Below, one piece after another: positions 1 to 7,643 of a stretch of DNA of 47,319 nt. Numbering within the stretch: position 1 is the first letter of the stretch; each line of letters opens with the position of its first letter. Both the position numbers and the translations under genes were made by a program. Location of the stretch: sequence record NC_042046.1, one strand, 5' to 3'. This DNA is from Escherichia phage C119. A model generated the notes under the pieces. That model worked only from the letters and a program-made list of their open reading frames with translations. It made no database searches and was not told the origin of the DNA.

Positions 1-190
1 GAAAAAAAAAAAAAGCCAGGATGAGATTCCTGCTGATTGGGTACGCTTTGATGCGCTACAGACGAATATCGTTGTTAATCATATCGCACTCGTATATAAA
101 GGTCGCGCAGGTATTGCTAAACTCAATCTGGACGCGGAACAGGAAAACCCGTATACTGATACCGTTCAATCAAATAAAGAGGATAAATTG

Positions 191-673
191 ATGATTAAGA
201 TTAAACTCGATGGCGAACAGGAGTTCGAAATCGCCCCGGAAGTTGCTAAGCATATCGAAGCTGTTAAGGCTGATGCGGAGCAGGCTAAAGCTAAAGCTGA
301 CACTCTGGAAGCTGAGCGCGACGCACTGAAAGCTAAAGTTGATGGCATCCCCGCTGAAATAGAAGCTGCTTTAGCCAAAGCTAAGACTGATGCTGACGAA
401 ATGGCTGCCCTGGTCGCAGTTGCCGCAGAAGCTGGCGTTAAATGTGATGGCCTGGATGCTAAAGCAATCAAAGTTGCTTACGTTAAAGAAGTGTCTGGTA
501 TTGAAGTTGCTGAGAAATCTGACGCATACATCGATGCAGCCTTTGATATCGCTAAAGATAGTGATAAAATGGCCGAAGCCCGCAAAGCAGTTGCTGCTGC
601 GGATAAATCTGACGCAGCCGACGCGCCTAAGAAATTAGACCCGCGCGCTCGCCTCGCTAAATTGAAAAAATAA
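191..673 (+). CDS. Head scaffolding-like protein (Ala/Lys/Glu-rich, predicted coiled coil)
   Basis: ATG 191 preceded by GAGG at 179-182; low-complexity A/K/E-rich product; sits between the head-morphogenesis genes and the capsid gene. The same frame is open upstream to the window start (position 2). Confidence 0.5.
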   Translation: MIKIKLDGEQEFEIAPEVAKHIEAVKADAEQAKAKADTLEAERDALKAKVDGIPAEIEAALAKAKTDADEMAALVAVAAEAGVKCDGLDAKAIKVAYVKEVSGIEVAEKSDAYIDAAFDIAKDSDKMAEARKAVAAADKSDAADAPKKLDPRARLAKLKK

Positions 674-684
674 GGAGTCTTAAT

Positions 685-1152
685 ATGGCAATTCGTCGTC
701 AAGCTACTGCTGGTATGGTTGCAGATACCTCTCTGTACAATATTGATGGTGCCTGTGTAACATCTTCGGCTCTCGTGCGCAATGTTGGCACTGCTGTTGG
801 AGTTGGTTCAGTTGTTGATGGTCACAAGGTGCTGGTAGCCCCGGCATCTGGTAACGTTTACGGCGTCCTGGTTAAGTCACACTATGAAAGCCCTCGCGGT
901 TCTTACGGTGGCGCTGTTGGCAATGTCGACAACTTCTCCGTGGCTAACGTAATGACTCACGGTCGAATCTGGATGGCAACTAGCCTTTCAGAAGCGCCTG
1001 CATTTGGTAGCGCCGTTACCGTTGATGCCAATGGGTTAGCAACAAGCGGTGATGCCTTAGGTACTAACTGGACATTCGCAGGTGGATTCCAGGCAGCTGA
1101 TGCCGCATCTGGAGAACCAGCGCTCGTTGAAGTCCAGGTCATTCAGAAGTAA
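685..1152 (+). CDS. Capsid-associated / head decoration-like protein (155 aa)
   Basis: ATG 685 with AAGGAG at 672-677; Gly/Val/Ala-rich small protein directly upstream of the capsid region; followed by a hairpin plus T-tract at 1170-1193. Confidence 0.45.
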   Translation: MAIRRQATAGMVADTSLYNIDGACVTSSALVRNVGTAVGVGSVVDGHKVLVAPASGNVYGVLVKSHYESPRGSYGGAVGNVDNFSVANVMTHGRIWMATSLSEAPAFGSAVTVDANGLATSGDALGTNWTFAGGFQAADAASGEPALVEVQVIQK

Positions 1153-1245
1153 TTATCACCTCCAAATCAAACCTCCTTCGGGAGGTTTTTTATTGCCTGT
1201 TTTCTGTTAGACTGTCAATGATCATTAACCAATCAGGAGATAGAA

Positions 1246-2691
1246 ATGGCTTACACAGAAATTGCTATGGCAGTAGGGAATTCACCTGAAATCTTAGCCA
1301 GGAACGTAAAAGTGATGATGTCATCAGGCTTTCAGCCATATGGTGATGTGCAGATGCTAAGCGGCACCCTCTTTGGCATGAAGATGGCGAAAGGAACAAC
1401 AAACAACGTTGAAGACTTCATGGTTACATCCGACACCACAATTCAGGGGCTAGTTAACATGGTTAACCGATATCTAGCGCAGGGCTGGAAAAGGTTTGGC
1501 AATGCTCACTTCGAGGATGGCGCTTATATTTCAGCTCTGGCTAAAGGTGATTTTGCAAGTGATGAAGGAGGGGGTTCAGGTGAAGCAGGTCCACAAGGTC
1601 CGGTTGGTCCGCAGGGTCCAGCAGGTCCCGCAGGCGAAGCTGGTCCGCAAGGCCCTCAAGGTCCAACTGGTGCAACTGGCCCAGCAGGTGCGGCAGGCGC
1701 CAAAGGTGACACTGGTCCGGCAGGCCCTGCAGGCCCGCAAGGTCCTCAAGGCGAGACTGGAGAAGCTGGTCCACAGGGTCCTATGGGCCCAACAGGTGCA
1801 ACAGGTCCGGCTGGCCCAAAAGGTGATAAAGGTGATGCAGGTCCAGTTGGTCCGGCAGGCTTGACATTCCGTGGGGTGTACGACGCAGCGACAGCTTACG
1901 TTAAAGATGATGTTGTTACATTCAATAACTCCAGCTGGTTTGCTACCACTGCTGTTACCGGAGAGAATCCAGATGTTAGCGATTCCTGGGAATTGCTGGC
2001 TGCACAAGGCGCCCCTGGCCCACAAGGAGCAACCGGTCCAGCAGGCCCGACTGGCCCAGCAGGCCCGGCTGGCATTCAAGGTCCTCAGGGAGAAAGAGGC
2101 CTTCAGGGTGAGCAGGGTCCGACAGGTCCGCAAGGCTTGCAAGGTGCAGCAGGTGCAGTCGGGCCTCAAGGCCCAGCAGGTCCTCAGGGTGAGCCAGGAA
2201 TACAGGGTCCTGTTGGCCATCAAGGTCCAATTGGCCCTAAAGGCGATAAGGGAGACCCGGGAATATCAAGAACCTTCATGAAAGTTAAAACATCGCCTGA
2301 TGTTGGCACTAATCATATGTTAAGACTACCAGCTCCTCTTAACAACCTATCTGTTGGTATAAGGCTTGATTCAACAGTGCTTTTTAGCATTAGAGCCTGG
2401 ATTGATGAGGGAAGCACTGCCAGGAACATAAGAGGTAATATTGAGGGCTTCAATAATACAGATAACTACTTCAATACAACAGTAAGGACAGCAATATCTT
2501 CATCTTCCGTAACTGGAACAGCATTGGTTACTGGCATTGGTGAATTTCAAAGAATAAGGCCATATGTTTTTAGCTTTTATGAAACCACAACAGGAACGGC
2601 GTGGAGAGTAACAATAAATCTATTTACAGTCGGTTATGTTGTGAGCGACAATCAAGACCTGTGTATAGAAGTTGTAAGGCTTGATGCATAA
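1246..2691 (+). CDS. Collagen-like triple-helix repeat protein (481 aa) with globular N- and C-terminal domains
   Basis: ATG 1246 with AGGAGA RBS; two long runs of Gly-X-Y repeats ([28 protein letters not shown]... and [31 protein letters not shown]...) separated by a non-collagen segment; C-terminal domain of about 140 aa. Confidence 0.8.
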   Translation: MAYTEIAMAVGNSPEILARNVKVMMSSGFQPYGDVQMLSGTLFGMKMAKGTTNNVEDFMVTSDTTIQGLVNMVNRYLAQGWKRFGNAHFEDGAYISALAKGDFASDEGGGSGEAGPQGPVGPQGPAGPAGEAGPQGPQGPTGATGPAGAAGAKGDTGPAGPAGPQGPQGETGEAGPQGPMGPTGATGPAGPKGDKGDAGPVGPAGLTFRGVYDAATAYVKDDVVTFNNSSWFATTAVTGENPDVSDSWELLAAQGAPGPQGATGPAGPTGPAGPAGIQGPQGERGLQGEQGPTGPQGLQGAAGAVGPQGPAGPQGEPGIQGPVGHQGPIGPKGDKGDPGISRTFMKVKTSPDVGTNHMLRLPAPLNNLSVGIRLDSTVLFSIRAWIDEGSTARNIRGNIEGFNNTDNYFNTTVRTAISSSSVTGTALVTGIGEFQRIRPYVFSFYETTTGTAWRVTINLFTVGYVVSDNQDLCIEVVRLDA

Positions 2692-2782
2692 AATCAATAG
2701 AGAAATGATTACTCTATTGTTCCAATTAAAATCTCGTGTATAATTGACACGTAAACTCATAAACAAAAGGATGCATCTTAAT

Positions 2783-3730
2783 ATGACTATCAAACTTGAC
2801 GCTTTCGAGCAAGAAAAGATCACTAACCACCTGCGAGCCATGGGCGTTGATAAGGCTGATGCAGCTGGTATCTGGACCGTGAAGCAGCTCACCGCAAGCC
2901 TGAATAAAGCTTACGAAACCGAGTACGACCAGAACTCCGTGGTAAACCTGTTCCCTGTAAGCAATGAAATTCCTGGCTACGCTAAGTACTTTGAGTATCC
3001 GGTATTTGATGGCGTTGGTATTGCTCAGATCGTGGCTGACTACACTGATGACCTGCCGCTGGTTGATGCTTTGGCAACTGAACGTCAGGGTAAAGTTTTC
3101 CGTTTCGGTAACGCGTTCCTGATTTCCATTGATGAAATTAAAGTTGGTCAGGCTACCGGTCAGTCTCTGTCTACTCGCAAGCAGTCTCTTGCTTTCGAAG
3201 CTCATGACAAGCTGCTTGATAAACTGGTGTGGTCCGGCTCTACTGCTCACGGCATCCCGAGTGTGTTCGACTACCCGAACATCAACAACGTTGTTAGCGG
3301 TGGTTCATGGTCTCAACCAACTACAGCAGTAAGCGATATTACAAGCCTGCTGGATATCATTGAGACTTCAACTAATGGTCAGCACCGTGCAACTCACCTG
3401 CTTCTGCCTACTACCGCCCGTCGTATTATGCAGAACCTGGTGCCTGGCACTTCTGTTAGCTACGGTGAGTTCTTCCGTCAGAACAATAGCGGCGTAACCG
3501 TTGAGTTCGTTCAGTACCTGAATGATTACAATGGCACTGGTACCTCTGCAGCTATCGCTTACGAGAAAGACCCTAACAACATGGCAATCGAGATTCCGGA
3601 AGCGACTAACGCACTGCCGGCTCAGCCGCGCGACTTGCACTTCCGTGTTCCGGTAACTTCTAAAGCAACCGGTTTGATCGTGTTTAGGCCTTTAACTATG
3701 GCTGTCATGAAGGGCATTACTTTTGCTTAA
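2783..3730 (+). CDS. Major capsid protein
   Basis: About 315 aa ORF in the canonical position after scaffold/decoration genes, followed by a strong hairpin plus T-tract terminator. Start is uncertain: in-frame candidates at 2744 (TTG), 2771 and 2783 (ATG); RBS AAAGGA at 2766-2770. Confidence 0.7.
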   Translation: MTIKLDAFEQEKITNHLRAMGVDKADAAGIWTVKQLTASLNKAYETEYDQNSVVNLFPVSNEIPGYAKYFEYPVFDGVGIAQIVADYTDDLPLVDALATERQGKVFRFGNAFLISIDEIKVGQATGQSLSTRKQSLAFEAHDKLLDKLVWSGSTAHGIPSVFDYPNINNVVSGGSWSQPTTAVSDITSLLDIIETSTNGQHRATHLLLPTTARRIMQNLVPGTSVSYGEFFRQNNSGVTVEFVQYLNDYNGTGTSAAIAYEKDPNNMAIEIPEATNALPAQPRDLHFRVPVTSKATGLIVFRPLTMAVMKGITFA

Positions 3731-3751
3731 TAGCACTTTTTGACAATGACA

Positions 3752-3778
3752 AGCACCCTTCGGGGTGCTATTTTTTTG
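3752..3778 (+). terminator. Rho-independent terminator after capsid gene
   Basis: agcacccttcggggtgct hairpin followed by T7 tract. Confidence 0.7.
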
Positions 3779-3800
3779 TCTAAAGAAAAGTGGAGGGGTT

Positions 3801-4331
3801 ATGATTAAGGTAAAAGACATAATTGATCTTATAAATGTTGATAGTGAAAGTGGGGTGATAACATGGAAGCTCAGGGATTCAGCGAGGCCTCAGTGGAATG
3901 CAAGGTTTGCCGGAAAGAGGGCAGGTAACGAGTTCCAGGTTAGAACTGGTGGAAAGTACAGAAGAATAAGGTTTACTGTTAACGGAGAGACGGCTACATT
4001 ATTGGAGCATAGGATGATCTGGGAATTTGTTAATGGTGAAATACCTGATGGGATGGAGATAGATCACATAGACAAAGACTCAACGAACAACTCAATATCA
4101 AACCTTAGGGTTTGCAACAGAGCTCAGAATAGCTCAAACAAGGATAGGCATGCTGACAATACATCTGGGTATAAAGGTGTATCATACTTTAAGCAAACCG
4201 ATAAGTTCAGGGCGAGAATAATGCATAATGGTAACGACATGCATATAGGTTACTTCGATACAGCTGAAGGCGCTCACCGGGCCTACATGTTAAAGCAGGC
4301 AGAGTTGTGCGGTGAGTTTGCTAGAGGGTAG
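3801..4331 (+). CDS. HNH homing endonuclease with AP2-like DNA-binding domain (copy 1)
   Basis: ATG 3801 after GGAGGGG RBS; motifs NGEIPDGMEIDHIDKD...NLRVCNRAQN (HNH) and SGYKGVSYFKQTDKFRARI (AP2-like); paralogous to ORFs at 21437 and 31791; free-standing between capsid and neck genes. Confidence 0.8.
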   Translation: MIKVKDIIDLINVDSESGVITWKLRDSARPQWNARFAGKRAGNEFQVRTGGKYRRIRFTVNGETATLLEHRMIWEFVNGEIPDGMEIDHIDKDSTNNSISNLRVCNRAQNSSNKDRHADNTSGYKGVSYFKQTDKFRARIMHNGNDMHIGYFDTAEGAHRAYMLKQAELCGEFARG

Positions 4332-4373
4332 CTATTGAGATATAATCAAACAATCGAAACAAAGGAGGAATAA

Positions 4374-4619
4374 ATGAAACTGTTACATAAAGGTGCTTGT
4401 GTTATCCGTCTTGGCGCAAAAGATTATCTTCCAGGCGACACTATCGAGGTTGAAGAGTTATCAGTTGGATTAAAGATTCTGGTAGCTGAAGGTAAGCTTG
4501 AGGTTGAGGATGACCACAAGGCAACTAAAGAAATCGAGCAGGAAGTTAAAGCCAAGGCTAAGCCCAAGAAGCAACCAAAGACTATTGATGAAGCTGAGAA
4601 TGGCGGCGACTACAAATAA
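4374..4619 (+). CDS. Hypothetical head/neck-region protein (81 aa)
   Basis: ATG with AAAGGAGG RBS; Lys/Glu-rich C-terminus; followed by a UUCG-tetraloop hairpin at 4626-4648. Confidence 0.6.
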   Translation: MKLLHKGACVIRLGAKDYLPGDTIEVEELSVGLKILVAEGKLEVEDDHKATKEIEQEVKAKAKPKKQPKTIDEAENGGDYK

Positions 4620-4663
4620 ACCAAAAGGGCGCTTCGGCGTCCTTTATTGTATGGAGATATCAC

Positions 4664-5065
4664 ATGAATGAAGAAGTAATTGCGTACATGCGCACGCTTT
4701 ACCCGCCTCTTAAGAGTCAGCCTGATGATGTTCTTAACGCATGGATTGAGGTAGCCAAGCTATTCATCTGCTTAGACAAGTTTGGTGACAAGCAGGTTCA
4801 GGCACTGGCATTCTACACTCTTCACTTGCTTAGCCAGGATATTGCACTTAAGACTGAGAATGATTCAAGCCAGACATCATCTGAGCGGGTTAAGTCCTAC
4901 TCACTTTCAGGCGAGTACACGATTAGCTACGATACAAGCACTGCCGCAGCTAGCTCATCAAACCTTGAGGAATCCTCATGGGGTAAGCTTTACATTGATT
5001 TGATGCGTCGCAAGGTTGGCCGCTGGGGCTTGATTACCTCTGGTGGGTCGAGGTGCTGCCGATGA
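4664..5065 (+). CDS. Head-tail connector / adaptor protein (133 aa)
   Basis: Position between capsid and tail genes; GGAGA RBS; stop overlaps the next start (ATGA). Confidence 0.5.
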   Translation: MNEEVIAYMRTLYPPLKSQPDDVLNAWIEVAKLFICLDKFGDKQVQALAFYTLHLLSQDIALKTENDSSQTSSERVKSYSLSGEYTISYDTSTAAASSSNLEESSWGKLYIDLMRRKVGRWGLITSGGSRCCR

Positions 5066-5430
5066 ATCATGCACTTTTGCAGCAGCAAATTAAGGCTGGT
5101 ATTAATCTCCTGTCAGATGGTGATGGAGTTTTCGAAGCTACGACACAGCCAGCCATCTCTATCGTTAATGGCTATGAAGTGCGCACACCAGGCACTTCCT
5201 ACACTGTGCGGGGTGTTATCCGTGAATTCAAAGCGAGAGACATTGATGGTGACATCATCAAATTCGGTGACCGTCGCGGAATTTTTACTGCTGATTCAGT
5301 TGTATCGGAAGGAGACCGCATCTACATTGACCAGGAAGCATACACAGTAATTGACCCTCGACCAGTGAAGCCAACTGGCACGGTAATCGCCTACAGGCCA
5401 GTATTGCGGAGGGCTGCAACTTATGGCTAA
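5062..5430 (+). CDS. Head closure / head-tail joining protein
   Basis: Translationally coupled (ATGA overlap at 5062-5065) in the neck gene run; alternative GTG start at 5053. Confidence 0.5.
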   Translation: MNHALLQQQIKAGINLLSDGDGVFEATTQPAISIVNGYEVRTPGTSYTVRGVIREFKARDIDGDIIKFGDRRGIFTADSVVSEGDRIYIDQEAYTVIDPRPVKPTGTVIAYRPVLRRAATYG

Positions 5431-5851
5431 TGACGTTGTTAGTTTCAGGAACTCAATTAACGCATGGATTGATGGAGTCACGGAGGGTGTAGAATTGATT
5501 GTGGAAGGCACATTAACCAAGGCTGCCAACGACATCGTTAAGCTATCTCCCGTTGATACTGGTCGATTTAGAGGTAACTGGCAGGCTACTGGCAACTCAC
5601 CAGCTGCGCAGTCACTGAATAATTACGACCCTGACGGAAATGAGACTCGAAACTCTCTTCGTAGGCAGATCTACGCACTCGCCAGTGATAACAATACGAA
5701 CGTAATTTACATTACCAACCGCCTTGATTATGCGCAAGGTCTTGAGTTTGGTTCATCCAATCAGGCACCTTCTGGTGTTCTTGGAGTTGTCCAAAAGAGG
5801 CTTGGCCGTTACTTTGCTGAGGCGGTACAGGAGGCTAAACGTGCACTATGA
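5423..5851 (+). CDS. Neck / tail completion protein (HK97 gp10-like by position)
   Basis: ATG 5423 after GGAGGG; 142 aa; coupled with flanking genes. Confidence 0.45.
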   Translation: MANDVVSFRNSINAWIDGVTEGVELIVEGTLTKAANDIVKLSPVDTGRFRGNWQATGNSPAAQSLNNYDPDGNETRNSLRRQIYALASDNNTNVIYITNRLDYAQGLEFGSSNQAPSGVLGVVQKRLGRYFAEAVQEAKRAL

Positions 5852-6239
5852 AATGATGGTTGCAGCAAGGAAACTGGTTAGTGATGCGGCAGTTGATATT
5901 GCTGGCAGTCTACCAGTTGCTTACGAGAACTGCGGATTCACGCCACCCAAAAACGGAAGTTCATGGTTGAAGTTTGATTACACGGAGGTTGATAGTGTGA
6001 CATGGGGATTGCAGCGAACATGCAGGTATTACGTAGGCATGGTTCAGGTCTCTATATTCTTTTCACCAGGTGAGGGGACTGATAGACCTCGCCAATTGGC
6101 TGGGCGATTGTCAGAAGCTTTCGCCGATGGTACAATGCTTGACAGCGGATACATTTATGAAGGCGGATCCGTATTTCCTCCAGTGAAATCGCAATCCGGC
6201 TGGTTCATTCCTGTCCGATTCTACGTACGTATGGATTAA
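5841..6239 (+). CDS. Tail terminator-like protein
   Basis: GTG 5841 six nt after GAGG (the ORF track extends to 5724, probably too far upstream); immediately precedes the major tail protein gene. Confidence 0.4.
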   Translation: MHYEMMVAARKLVSDAAVDIAGSLPVAYENCGFTPPKNGSSWLKFDYTEVDSVTWGLQRTCRYYVGMVQVSIFFSPGEGTDRPRQLAGRLSEAFADGTMLDSGYIYEGGSVFPPVKSQSGWFIPVRFYVRMD

Positions 6240-6253
6240 TTAAGGAGATTTAC

Positions 6254-6904
6254 ATGGCCCATCTCAGCAATGGCACACAAATTTTTTTGCAAGGCTCTAA
6301 ATCTGAATCGGTAGCCGTAACGGCTATCACTAACGCAGCTCAGCCAGTTATGACGGTAGCTGACGCTTCAACTTTCGCAGCTGGTGACTTCATTGTTGTT
6401 GAGTCATCTTCATGGTCTAAACTTTCAGAGAAACAGTTGCGAGTAGTTACATCAACGGATACAACAATTACCGTTGAAGGCATTGACACTACTGACCCGC
6501 TTCAGTTCCCAGCTGGCGGAACGGCATCGATCTACAAGGTTCTTACCTGGTATGAAATGCCTTGTGTTCAAGACGTTTCAACTGATGGCGGAGAGCAGCA
6601 GTTCGTTACTTATCAGTGCCTGGCTGATGACCGTGAGCAGCAGATTCCAACTTATAAGTCAGCGGTAAACACGACCTATACGTTTGCTCACGAGTTCACC
6701 AACCCGATCTACCCGGTACTCCGTAACTACGACGAGTCTGGCGCGCTGATTGCGATTCGTGCATACGTTCCTAAAGCTGGCGAAGTTCGACTTTGGACTG
6801 GCACTATCGCGTTTAACGAAACTCCAAACGTTTCCGTTAACGAGATCGAAACTGTATCCGTAGCAATTACGGTACGTGGACGCTATAGCTTCCTGGCTGC
6901 ATAA
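6254..6904 (+). CDS. Major tail protein
   Basis: ATG 6254 with AAGGAGA RBS; 216 aa; directly upstream of the chaperone/tape-measure genes; strong terminator follows at 6910-6935. Confidence 0.65.
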   Translation: MAHLSNGTQIFLQGSKSESVAVTAITNAAQPVMTVADASTFAAGDFIVVESSSWSKLSEKQLRVVTSTDTTITVEGIDTTDPLQFPAGGTASIYKVLTWYEMPCVQDVSTDGGEQQFVTYQCLADDREQQIPTYKSAVNTTYTFAHEFTNPIYPVLRNYDESGALIAIRAYVPKAGEVRLWTGTIAFNETPNVSVNEIETVSVAITVRGRYSFLAA

Positions 6905-6909
6905 CAATC

Positions 6910-6935
6910 AAGCCCCTTCACAGGGGCTTTTTTTA
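6910..6935 (+). terminator. Rho-independent terminator after major tail protein gene
   Basis: agccccttcacaggggct hairpin followed by T7. Confidence 0.75.
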
Positions 6936-6977
6936 TGTTATAATTTCAACTCAAACAAACACGAGAGGATTATTTAA

Positions 6978-7292
6978 ATGGCGAAATTCAAATTAAAATT
7001 AGGCGCGCTCCCTGATTTCAAGCTTCCGGTTAAGTTCCAGATGATCAACGGCGAGGAAGCTGAGGTTATCTTCAATGCCAAGCACCGTAAGGCTAAGGAG
7101 ATTCAGGAAGTATTCCAGACCGAAGGCCTTAAGGATTTTGACTTTGTTAAAGAGATTTGCAGCGGCTGGAACCTTGAAGAAGAATTTAACGACGAGAACA
7201 TCGAAGAGCTGGTATCTCTGTTCCCCGCATCCGTTCTGGCACTGACTAATGCTTACATGCAAGCTCTGGCGGGCCAGCGCGCAAAGGTCTAA
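6978..7292 (+). CDS. Tail assembly chaperone (lambda gpG-like)
   Basis: ATG 6978 with GAGAGGA RBS; 104 aa acidic protein immediately upstream of the tape measure gene. Confidence 0.7.
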   Translation: MAKFKLKLGALPDFKLPVKFQMINGEEAEVIFNAKHRKAKEIQEVFQTEGLKDFDFVKEICSGWNLEEEFNDENIEELVSLFPASVLALTNAYMQALAGQRAKV

Positions 7293-7609
7293 AGCGCGCA
7301 GTATATCTACAGTATCAAAGAGAGCCAACGGACGCCGAACTTGAAGCCATTGGAATGCGGCGTTCCGATTACGAAGATGAGGAGCCAGAGGAGTTACACT
7401 TCGATGATGACATGATGCTGGCATGGACTGTTTATCAGGCAGCTTCAACTCAATGGCGTGTAGGTATGAACGGCGCTACCGGAATAGATTATTCAGTACT
7501 CCCTTTCCTCTTTGATGTGTATAATGTCAAGGACAAAGAGATGACTTTAAATGACTTGCGAATACTGGAGTGCAAAGCACTTGAGATGATGCAAGTAAGG
7601 CAAAAATAA
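7250..7609 (+). CDS. Tail assembly chaperone frameshift extension (gpT-like), probably expressed as a G-T fusion by -1 frameshift
   Basis: The -1 frame is open from 7250 through 7609 and overlaps the last 40 nt of the gpG-like ORF; candidate slip site at GCA AAG G (7281-7287); no good independent RBS for the ATG at 7355. Confidence 0.55.
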   Translation, partial: CLHASSGGPARKGLKRAVYLQYQREPTDAELEAIGMRRSDYEDEEPEELHFDDDMMLAWTVYQAASTQWRVGMNGATGIDYSVLPFLFDVYNVKDKEMTLNDLRILECKALEMMQVRQK

Positions 7610-7633
7610 CCTCCCTTTGTGGAGGTTTTTTTA
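7609..7633 (+). terminator. Hairpin plus T-tract between chaperone and tape measure genes
   Basis: cctccctttgtggagg followed by T7. Confidence 0.5.
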
Positions 7634-7643
7634 TGGAGGTTAC

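Noticed and set aside
1496-2281. Several overlapping ORFs on both strands inside the collagen-like gene (1496-1864 +, 1541-1774 -, 1576-2223 -, 1871-2281 +, 1976-2230 -)
   Set aside because: They arise from the GC-rich repetitive GGN-CCN tract; their products are low-complexity, lack RBSs, and the Gly-X-Y frame gives the only coherent protein.
3729-3747. Cassette-like motif aatagcactttttgacaat right after the capsid gene, considered as a promoter
   Set aside because: Its agcac half is part of the stem of the capsid terminator hairpin, so the match may be coincidental; kept only as a possible split-cassette remnant.
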